A stretch of DNA of 61,265 bases, the filler included, from Sphacelaria rigidula (lineage: Eukaryota), in assembly GCA_964200075.2 (NCBI GenBank). It is 9 parts of 9 records of this genome, joined end to end, with 100 filler letters (N's around TTAATTAATTAA, not from the genome) between each part and the next. Parts side by side here need not be neighbours in the genome. Positions count along the whole stretch, not along the records: positions 47,732 to 54,448 come from CAXNAA020018442.1; positions 54,549 to 61,265 come from CAXNAA020018443.1; 7 more parts are not named here. One strand, written 5' to 3'. Below, piece by piece: positions 48,883-58,806 of this stretch. The notes beneath the pieces are model-generated. The model saw only the letters and a list, made by a program, of their open reading frames with translations, had not been told where the DNA came from and did no database searches. The translations under genes and the position numbers were made by a program. Position 1 is the first letter of the stretch; each line of letters starts with the position of its first letter.

Positions 48883-49081
48883 TGGGGGGGCGGGGCGGGG
48901 GGAGATGGATTAATCCCCTGAGACCACTGATTAGCCCCGAAGGAGGGGAGTAATTGAAAGTATAAATAATCAAATCAAATCAGAAAATATTCCAATGTTG
49001 CATTGACGGAAGTTGAGATATGCTCCCCTCCCCCGTTATCGCCGCCTCTCCCTTCCCTCCCGCCCTGCCCCTTCATTTTAG

Positions 49082-49250
49082 GGTCACAGAAGTTGTGCGG
49101 ATCCTACGCAAGAAACTTGGGTCTAGTAACGTACGGACGCTTTCGGTAGGACTGACGCTGGCGGAGACGCTCGTGAAGAATTGTGGGGTGCCTGTACACC
49201 GCGAGGTGGCCTCGGAACGGTTTATGGCTGCTGTTGCCAAGATCGCAAGG
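49082..49250 (+). CDS. VHS-domain protein (TOM1/TOL-like), internal exon
   Basis: VTEVVRILRKKLGSSNVRTLSVGLTLAETLVKNCGVPVHREVASERFM carries the VHS signature L.L.E.LVKNCG..H.EVA. ttttag acceptor, AGG|gtgagg donor. Confidence 0.88.
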
Positions 49251-49437
49251 GTGAGGTGTATGACGTTTACGGTAAAGCTACAAGGGGGGTTGTTTGGTCA
49301 TTCTTGTCCTCCTCGCTATATCTATCTCACTGATGTTGAAAACAATTTTGCTTGAAGATGACCTGTTTTTTTTTCATTATTCGAGTTTTTTTTTTTCGCC
49401 TGACTTCTATCTAACCCGTTCCCTCTATCTTTTTCGG

Positions 49438-49588
49438 TCCCGAGAGTAATGACATGGTAGGGGTGCACTTTTCAGTCCAAATGTTTTCTGAGGCTCCACA
49501 CTAAGATCCAGATTTTTCATTGAGAGGCTCCTACAGCAAAGAACCTCAGGAATAAAAAGTGCACCCCCACCACGGCATTGCTCGGGAC
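49438..49588. mobile_element. Short MITE-like inverted repeat; related end at about 13398-13430
   Basis: tcccgag..aatg.catggtaggggtgcactttt ... aaaagtgcacccccaccacggcattgctcggga. Confidence 0.6.
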
Positions 49589-51218
49589 AGGATATGAGTC
49601 CTTGATCTCAAGGGATCGACCCATCTCTCCCCTGGAACATGGCTTACATCTTGGTACCATCGCAGGTATGATCATGATCAATACCCCCGTTGCATCGACT
49701 GTCGTGTAATCAACACATATTGTATGTCTGTTCTTAATATATGCGAGCCGTTTGGCGAAGATTCAAGGCGTACGGGTGAGTAACGAACGATGTTGTATAT
49801 ATACCCAACTTCGGAATAATTCGATCTCTTTTTGGGGGAGAAAATGTAGAAGAATACCATACCCTGAAAAATGCATGATCGATAGCTGCGATAGACAGAA
49901 AATGTACTGCGTAAAGTGTAGGCCAATTGCAACTGTTGTAGGCCGACAAGATAATAGTTGCAATAGACCTATTCTTTTCACAGTACATTTTCTGTTTATT
50001 GCAACTATTGACCATATAACATGTAGTCTTCCCCTTATCCAAAAACAACAAGAAACAACAAATTCAAACATATTCTCTTTTCTCATTACACTATTGTCCA
50101 GGATGTGGAAAATATTCCGAATATCATGTTGCAAAGATTTTTGTTGAAAGTCTCGCAGGATATTTTCGCTGATCTGGACATTCTCACGTTTGCAACGAAA
50201 AAAATAAAGAAAAAGAAACATCTGGCGCGGATCGAACTCGAGTGCTTCCCACTTTATTTCATTGTGTCGGTGGGACCATTTCAAGGGTATGTTGGGTACG
50301 GTAAATACCCGGGTATTTTCTCTCCCGATTTTGTGTTGCGATGATCCGATCTTCCAACTCTACGCAAATGGATAAGTAAGGGTAGGCACGACCGCATCAC
50401 TCTGCCCGATATCTGGGCATTGTTGAGTCGGATCTCAATACTCTTACCAAGTTTTTGGGTGCCTGCGTACGCACGATTTTTCCACATACCCCTCTTTCGA
50501 TCCCTCCGGCGCCAGACCTATTTTCGGAACAAAAAAATCCCCGGCCTACCCCAGTTCGCCCGAACCAACCCCGAAGAGCGCATACATTACCGTGAATCTC
50601 GTGATCCTCAAACCCTGACTGGCCCAACTGATCCGTTTAGCCAAATCAGTAGTTTGTCGTCTTCTGTTGACACGGCCTATTTTACCTCTATGGCATTCAA
50701 TGCCCGACGGGTTGAATACTCTTCGGCAGGACAAGGGGTAGGTATGGTACGACGGTAGTGACAACGAACCAGGGTCATGATCCAAATGACTCTCTCGCGG
50801 GGAAGGTGGGTTGATGATTTCACGGAAGAGAGTGCGAGAAAAGCCGACGTGTATATGTATGTACAGTAGTACCGTGTGAAGTGTTGCGTTGCGTGCAACT
50901 ATTCCCCTCTCTCTTTTTGTTTCCTGCATGTACAACGGCGAAGAAACTGACTCCTGTGTCCAGGCTTCGCTATGCTTCCAATAGGCAAGTGACTCGACAC
51001 AGTAGTCGTACAGATGAAAGAGAACCAGGCCGCTGAGTAAAACAGAAGCTGACAATATATAAAGTATCAAATCCTTGTCGTTATCCATAATGCGTGTATT
51101 CTCATATGTTCACCCCCCGCCCGCCCCCGTTTCCCTGCTGTGGTATATATCGGCCTCCTGTCGCTCTCTCGTTTTGCCCTCGGCTGTGGGTTTGTGGACG
51201 TCGCTCCCGTCATGCTAG

Positions 51219-51314
51219 ACCTATTCCTTCAAAACGAGTCGGGATAGTATGGCGCTGTCCGATCAGTCGCTCGACATCATCCAGGCATGGGGGGAAGCAT
51301 TCTTACCTCGAAGG
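51219..51314 (+). CDS. VHS-domain protein, next exon (TYSFKTSRDSMALSDQSLDIIQAWGEAFLPRR)
   Basis: ctag acceptor, AGG|gtgagc donor; 96 bp; phase 0; L.IIQAWGEAF matches the late VHS helix. Confidence 0.85.
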
Positions 51315-51777
51315 GTGAGCGCGAGCAGCGTTTGTTTTGTTTTATTTCGTTTGTCTGTTTGTTCGGGCCGTTTCATGTCTCGCGGTTCACAATCCATATT
51401 TTGTCTCCCCCCCCCCCCCCTGGTGATTGATTGATTGCGAGCCTGATCCGGCGAAAATCCGGCGTGCTCCATCTCGGCTTTGTCGGGATGCGAGGTTAGT
51501 GGCCTTCATGGCCACGGCATGCATGGTAATAGGTACACCGCCCTCCCCCCGAAACCTACGTCAAAAGCAACAAAAGAAAAAACAAGGTGCTCATTTCGCT
51601 CACCGGTCGGTTGGCTTGTGGTTGATTGATGATGCCTTACTCTTCTCTTCTTTTTACTTGTGCATCACGGTCGCTTGTTTCTCTCGCGCTAGAACCCTGC
51701 GTGCACGGAATAACAAAGGTATCTCGAACTCGGCTCCCGGTATCCTGGCTTATTCGCTGGCTCTGAGTTGTGTACTA

Positions 51778-52361
51778 CTTCCTCCAACACATGAGTAAAG
51801 TGCGTTATGTTTACACGAGCCCGCAACCATTTCCGATGCCAATAACGAGGCTATTTTTGAAATTCTTGGCGTTTTTTTAGTTGAAACACGCCGCTTTTGG
51901 CTTTGACCGCGCGGCCTCCTGCACGGGCCAGCGGCTACAAAAAAAACAGTCGGCCCCAAAAAGACGGTTTTCGTCCCGTTTTCCGGAGAAGGGGAAAAAA
52001 GTGGAAATTCGGAAAAGACGGCCAAAAACCCAAAAAACATGCAAAATTGGCATTTCGTTCTCGCTTCATTGTTGAAAAGCGTCCCTACAGTTGTCGGCAA
52101 GGCAGCACGTGGAAATAAGCAAAAATATTCAAAATTCGGCCGCAAAACGGTACAAATCGGTCGAAATCGGTCTAAGTGTGGTCAACTTTGACCCGTACAT
52201 TCTCGACAATGCCAACTCGTTTTTTCTTTTTTCTTTTTTCTTCTTGGGCATCTCCGTGACTGTATCTTTTCAACGAACCTAACTATAGCATTGCACACCA
52301 TTCCGTTCAAAAGACATGATCTGTGCCCCCATAACGCACTATACTTATGTGTTGGAGGAAG
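51778..52361. mobile_element. Tc1/mariner-type (Stowaway-like) MITE, 584 bp, TA TSD, nested in another MITE (about 51716-52510)
   Basis: TIRs cttcctccaacacatgagtaaagtgcgttatg / cataacgcactatacttatgtgttggaggaag with TA on both sides. The empty site gtgtactattttttcaag is seen in the copy near 10092. Confidence 0.85.
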
Positions 52362-52654
52362 TATTTTTTCAAGTGAAAGTGATGGCCATTCATGGGAAGA
52401 CCTGACTTGGCCGTGAAAGGATCTAATCATCTGATGTATCGCCACCACTTTCACGTGAAGAACTAAAACAAACCAAACGAGGATATCGGTAGCCGAGTTT
52501 GAGATACCTCCGACGAGAAAAATAAAAATAAAATCATGATAAATATCGCTTCTTTGATTTCAATTTTGATATAACAGTAGTTGACACGATTTTATTTCGG
52601 GTTCGTGATGCGACCCCATAATTTCATTCATTATTCATTATTCATTTATTTGTG

Positions 52655-52968
52655 GCACTTTGACTCCCTCCTCTTCCTCGAGATGAGTCCGTGGTCTCAA
52701 GGGATCAACCCATCTCTCCCCCGGTACGCGCCTATCATTTTGGTCTCGCGGATTGGATTTGACTATCAGCACTCCCGCACCGGGTTAACTCATGTCAGAC
52801 AAACTCAGTCGACTATTTTGTTTACTCATGTTCTCACGCTTTCCACGGTGGAAATGAGATATTATGAAGGGAAAAAAAAAAACTCAACGCATCGAGAATC
52901 GAATCGTCGTTTTCTCCACCCTAATAGCGGCAGTCGGACCATTACCTCGTACACCACCGGGGCGCGGC
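52655..52968 (-). mobile_element. tRNA-derived SINE, near full length
   Basis: Minus-strand head GCCGCGCCCCGGTGGTGTA...TTCGATTCTCGATGCGTT; body collinear with 55698-55989. Confidence 0.75.
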
Positions 52969-54548
52969 ATAAACCCTGGTAAAGAAATATTTCCCTTCGT
53001 CATGAAAAACGGGCGCTCGACATATTGCCAACCGGTATACGGTTGGGCAAAATCAATCTCCAAAGCACGATTTGAACTATTTTAGCAGGCACGCCGGTCA
53101 TTGAGTTGAGAACGCCCGATTCAGTCGTGTAGAAGCACATCTGCATGCTGAACGGACAATTTCACAAGCATTTTAGATTTTCCGAATGATTAACAAGAAA
53201 AAAACATGGGTAAATTGCGTCGTTGCATATGGTTGTATCGTGTTGTGTAATTTAGCGGGTACCTCGTAATCCTCGTTTCTCGCGTTCATGACCACGGTAA
53301 CTAGCGTAGTGCACGGCCGAAGACAACTCAACGCAGTGCGGCAAGGAGCATTAGCCTTCACTAACACGGCAGTGACGAAGGGTAAAGGCAATACATGTAT
53401 CTTTTTCGAAGGTCCCGTCTTATCCCCTTCGCCGCGAGGATAGTCCATCTGCATCATGCTTGCTTTTTTGTTGAGTGAAAAATTGATGCCGATTCAACAG
53501 ATGATCACTGTATTATCCCTTCTCGAACTCATAATGGAAAATTGAGCATTTACAATTGACGATTTTTGAGCAAGATAAGGTTGATGGTTCACAGCTCAGA
53601 CGCAACAATAGTCGCCCGATGCGTGTTTTTCAGACCCGTGCGAGTGACCAGTGGAAAAAAAAAAGGTTTCCTATATACCGATGTGCCATTTAATAATAAA
53701 ACCGGATCCGGGAACCCATGTCTTTTTTTTTAATGGAATGTTTCGTAGTGTTTTTGCCAATTATTGTCGATGGATACAATTGGACACACGCCATCCGTTG
53801 CGTGGTATGATTGGACAAACCTCATCCGACCTCTCCAGGGAGGACATTTTTCCTGCACCCGCCGCGTGTGCCACTGGATTCTTCTTCGGTCTTCCATTAT
53901 GAAAATGTTCGCCGTCGGCCGTTTCTGTTTCCATATTTTCGTCCTTGCCAGGGCTTCTCTTAATGAGGCCCTTGGCCCGGGGACAGGAGGGGAGGATCCC
54001 AAAAGGGTTAATTACTCTCGCCGTCAAACGGTTAGCAAAATAAAAAATAAAAGTGAGAGGGAGAATCACGAACAGCCGGTGCGCGGCAACCATTTTTACG
54101 TTCCCTTTCGCATCATGATCGTAGTGTTCCTCAGTTTTCACAAAAATGATTTTGGAGATGATTATTATTTTTATTTTGATGAGAGCGGAGGAGTAATCGA
54201 CATATAATATGTATATATATAGTTGGGGGAAATGGGGGTTGGAGTCGGGTTGGGGTGGGATCGTTCGGATTATTACTTTCGGAAAAAAGGGAGCACAATA
54301 TGATGAAAATGCCGAAGGGAAGGTACAATGGCTGCCAGGTGTTGGCTGTTCGTCATAACCATTCTTATTATCATAATTTCAAGGGTCGGACAAATAATGA
54401 TTCGTCCGAAAATTACTTGGTTTTAGTTTGATGAGTCGACTCGTGACGNNNNNNNNNNNNNNNNNNNNNNNNNNNNNNNNNNNNNNNNNNNNTTAATTAA
54501 TTAANNNNNNNNNNNNNNNNNNNNNNNNNNNNNNNNNNNNNNNNNNNN

Positions 54549-54622
54549 TGTGAAGTTAAGCGGCGTCGGGCCAGGCTAGTACTACGGTGGGGGACCACGT
54601 GGGAAGCCCTGGTGCTGTTCCT
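54549..54622 (+). rRNA. 5S rRNA: 5S rRNA, 3' part (5' end cut by the contig start)
   Basis: gaagttaagc...agtactacggtgggggaccacgtgggaagcc...gtgctgttcc followed by a T5 Pol III terminator; eukaryotic 5S internal control region motifs. Confidence 0.9.
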
Positions 54623-55429
54623 TTTTATTTCCCAACGCATTCCCACTCCCCTCACGTACCTTTCCTACTCACTCACTGCATCCACATGCAGAGCGTTCGG
54701 TTTCGTCAGCCTTCTCCCGATCCACGAAAACGTGGCATACCGGTGTGTTTCATGGTCGGACTTGACGACTCCTCATGGCACCAAGAACTATTTGGAAGAA
54801 CACAAATATGTTACCTCCCTTCATTTTTTTCCTCAATTCCACTTCATGTGCCATTTTGTCGCACTGTTTCGTGTCGTTGCAAACATGTGGCCAGTACCCT
54901 CAAAAGTGTACTTTTGAATATTTTGCGATCAAAGAGTGCATCCCCTGTATATTCGTTTGCTTGCACCGCACTCTTGTCAGAGCTTAATTAATCATTCTGG
55001 GTGTATCACGAGGAACATGTGCTTGGGGACACACAACCTGTACCGTAACAATAACATCTCTCACTTGAGTTGTGACAGCGGAGTGGCCAATGGTGTGCAA
55101 CATTAGGTCAAGGGTAGCGCCGTAACAAACATTTCACCACGAGCCACGTTACACTATAGGCAGTGGAGTACCGTACGGGACTGCTTTACGATGTATTTGG
55201 TGGCATTCGGGAGCTTGGCGACAATGGCCTGCGATACGATCGTTACTCAAATTCGGGGGGACGTATGGAGTGGTCGATTTAAACGCACTCCGTTGCCACC
55301 CCCACCTCCCGGTGTTGGCCAACGATTAGGTGCTCTCCGTCGAAGGAAACGGGTGGGGGCTGAAATCAACCGATGGATCAATTTTATCTTGGGGTGCATA
55401 GCGACGTTTCGAACGAGTTTTCGGTCTTG

Positions 55430-56325
55430 CTGACGTCACTCGATGGTTCGATTCCATCTCGGGGTGCACAGTGTGGTTGCGAGCAATTCTTCGGTCTTGC
55501 TGACGTACCAGGATGTAGTCCAGGCGCCAGCGGTGTCTGTCCACCGGCCCCTCGTGTGTGTACGCGATTGAGCTTTTTCCCGCTAGTGGGCGTGCTGAAA
55601 ACTGTGTTGGTGATTGTCGTTCCATGCAGCGCATGTCAGCAGTCACAGTCCGTTGTCATTGTGGATGTATTTATCATTTTCTTTTTTTCTCCCCTCACAC
55701 TTTGAAACCCTCACCTTCCTCGGGACGAGTCCGTGGTCTCAAGGGTTCTTCTCATCTTTCCCCCCGTACACACCTTGCATTTTGACCTCGCGGATTGGAT
55801 CAGCACTCCCGCACCGCGTCAACTCCCGTCACACAAGCGCAGTTGACTACTTTGGTTACTCGCGTTCTCACGCTTTCCACGGTGGAAATCATACATGACG
55901 AAGAAAAACCCAACGCATCGGGAATCGAACGCCCGTTCTCTCAACCCTAATGACGACAGTCGGACCATTACACCACGGGGCGCGGCGGCAATCATATACT
56001 CCTCAAACCCGATCGTCTCCCAGGCCTCCTCCTCCTCCCTCTCCAATGGGGAGCGTTGACATCCACCATGAGTATCAGGTGCTAGCTGGCTGGCTGTCAC
56101 TTGAGCGATGGAATCACCGAGTGTCTTGCAGAACTTGATCTTGTCAGGAGTAGCTGCTGTTTCAGTCGGAGCTTACCCCACGATGAAGGTCGTGGCAAAC
56201 TGTACGTCTTGAATGTATCCGTACCGTGAGCATCCTTGCACTGATGTACTCGGGCACAGCGCCTTCCGGGCCTAGCCCGCCGGCGATGGACTCCTGAATG
56301 GGAAGGCCGACTCCGACCATAGAGC
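55430..56325 (-). mobile_element. Decayed LINE APE-type endonuclease fragment interrupted by a SINE
   Basis: Across frames: GVGLPIQESI, EYISARMLTVRI, TFIVG*APTE, LMVDVNA, then RWRLDYILVRQQDRR...MESNH (SDH motif equivalent). Confidence 0.75.
55698..55989 (-). mobile_element. tRNA-derived SINE, about 290 bp
   Basis: Minus-strand head GCCGCGCCCCGTGGTGTAATGG (A box) ... GTTCGATTCCC (B box), followed by a tRNA-unrelated body shared with two other copies. Confidence 0.8.
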
Positions 56326-57555
56326 TGTATAATTTTGGCTTGGTATTCGGACGTCCTCTAGGAAAGTACCAAAAGTCGGTTCGTCCTGTATCATTTCCAG
56401 GAGCTAGAACTTGACATAAGAGGGTAGATATGCTGTGAAAATGCGAAGACCATCACCGAAGGGTCGAGGAGAAGAAGTTTCTGTCCAGACGTCAATTGCT
56501 CTGTATTGGTATTTTGTTGTTGGATCAATCGTCATGGGGATTAATCCCGATTCTGTAGATATCTCAATCTGTGCAAGATTGTGGGGACTCATGTTCGCGG
56601 AAGGAAGATCCGTGGAGACCCTACTATGGTCTCGAAGATTTGTTTCTATAGTTTTCTGCAGGGGTGTGGTATCGCTTACGAGTGAAAACGAAAAGCGGGC
56701 GGGCGGTGAATCATCCTTCGAGTACAGTGTCGTACCGTGGTTTCCTAGGGTAATACAGTGCAAGACACCCCATCATCACAGTACACGATAATGCCGTGTG
56801 GCAATACATGATGGCACTGTCGGTAATGCGAAAATAGTGAACGGTGTGCGAGAAGAGTCACTACCGGTGGAGTGCCGTACATCACCCTGCAAGTACAACG
56901 ACAGCAGATAGTAGGATTGTACAACACGGTTCGTTGCGGTTACACATACGGCGATGTAGCACATAAAATTACCATCGCCTCAGGGCGTCAACACTTCTTA
57001 TGCGCTTGTCAAACCCCGTGCGAAGTTGCTCCAGCAGCTGGCACGGGCGGGCACCGCCTGCGCTGTCACGAGGCGGTTTGTTGCTGCGGTCACAAAAATA
57101 TCAAACGTTTGTTGCCCTATCACCGTACGTCACTGTTCTTACGTCACCTTCCTTCGTATTGCGGGGACCTAAACTTCCCCCCGATCTGTAGTACATTGGA
57201 GAAAATCGTGCGAGAATCTAGAAACCCCGATTTGAGGTCCCCCGATTTGGGCCATATTGGGGTCCGTAAAAGGCGTTTCCCGATTTGAGGTCCCCTGGTC
57301 TGTGCACAGATCAAGATTGGTGACTGCCATAAAAGCTGGTCTCATCTAGTCGGACTCATCTTCCTCCATACAATTTTGCTTCTGGACCCTTCGATGAGTG
57401 AGTGCCTCTGAAGCTTTTTTGCTCAAAGTCTACGCTCACTATGTCATACCCGCACTGCTGGACAACGGTTGAAATAGGAGACGAGCCGGTTGGAGGGTTC
57501 CGACCAGCGGTAGAGGTTTTTCACCCGTCTTGCCGCCGATAAAAGGAAACTGTAC

Positions 57556-57710
57556 TGATCGATTGATTGATCGATTGATTGATCGATTGATTGGTCGATT
57601 GATCGGTCGATTGATTGGTCGATTGATTGGTCAATTGATTAGTCAATTGATTAGTCAATTGATTAGTCAATTGATTAGTCAATTGATTAGTCAATTGATT
57701 GGTCGATTGA
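57556..57710. repeat. GATT-based compound microsatellite, 12-bp higher-order units
   Basis: gattgatcgatt, gattggtcgatt and gattagtcaatt units in graded series. Confidence 0.9.
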
Positions 57711-58359
57711 CGGGGCGATCATCTCACGCTGATTGGTCGCTTCGGGATTTGATTTGATTAATTGATTGATTGTCGCACTTTAACTGACCCCCCAGGGGTC
57801 CAGCCGTTGTCTTATTATAGACGTACCCAAGAATTAACGAAACTGAAATGCAGTGGTGAAGACAGGAGATGCATGTTAGGGGTATGCTGCGGGACATACT
57901 TGTGGGTATTTCTTTACCCCACACGTGCTTTCATATTATGCTTGTTGCCTACAGTTGCAATCACCGCTACTTTCGTTCTGTTCTGAATTTCGTCGTGATG
58001 TCATCTAGTCCCGCTGCCTCGGAACAAGTCCACAGTGTCGAGGAACCAGCGCATCTCTGTTCCAACACTTGCTCTCCACGGTAGGTACCATGGCAGCATT
58101 GGATCAGCGCCCCCCCCTGCGGCACGTCGACCGTCGTCATGTGGACTTGTGTCATTTTTGCCCAAAGGCGCGTTCCGACGTTGTCGGAGGACGGAAACTG
58201 AGAAATAACTGTGTTAGGGACTATCGGGATTCGAAGCAGACAAGCCTGCCCTCGAGCTTATGTTGATGGAGTATATTGACCACCTGCGTACAGTACTTTA
58301 GCCGGAGTGTTGATGGTGTGAGGTATGTCAGTCTAGTGAGTGTGTTTCGTTTTTTCAGC

Positions 58360-58477
58360 AGGAACGGCCACACCACGTCGATAGCACCACACCCTATCCG
58401 CTCTGGGAAGTTAAACGGCGTCGGGCCGGGTCAGTACTACGGTGAAGGACTGCGTAGGGAGTCCTAGTGCTCTTCCT
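58360..58477 (+). rRNA. 5S rRNA: Full-length divergent 5S rRNA copy (variant or pseudogene)
   Basis: aggaacggccacaccacgtcgatagcaccac...gaagttaa...agtactacggtg...gtgctcttcct, 118 nt, with complementary ends and a T4 terminator. More than ten substitutions relative to the 54549 copy over the shared part. Confidence 0.8.
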
Positions 58478-58508
58478 TTTATCTCGCTTTTCGCGTTGGC
58501 CCACGTGT

Positions 58509-58806
58509 ATGCAGAGCGTTCCCACAGGCTTTTTCCGATTGACGAATACCGGATTTGACCGTTTTTTAGACCACTTCTTGTGTGTCAAAAAACTTGTCGT
58601 TGATGCAAAGTGTTCGTTTTTTGAAGATTTTTTCCGATTGACGAATACGGGATTTGGCCGCTTTTTGGACCACTTCTCATGTGTGAAGAAAAACTCCCGT
58701 CGATGCAGAGCTTTCGTTCCCTTCAGGCGTTTTCCGTTTCACGAATCCCGGATTTTACTGCTTTATTAGACCACTTCGTTTGTGTCGAGAAAAATATCTC
58801 GTTGAA
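58509..58806. repeat. 3 x ~95-bp tandem repeat downstream of the 5S copy
   Basis: atgca.ag..ttc...ttttccg.tt.acgaat.c.ggattt...gaccacttc...tgtgt repeated three times. Confidence 0.75.

Noticed and set aside
55915..55989. tRNA gene
   Set aside because: A and B boxes are present but I could not form a proper cloverleaf, and it is fused to a repeated body, so it is called a SINE head.
57530..57757. ORF with RLIG/QLIS repeats
   Set aside because: Translation of a GATT-based microsatellite.
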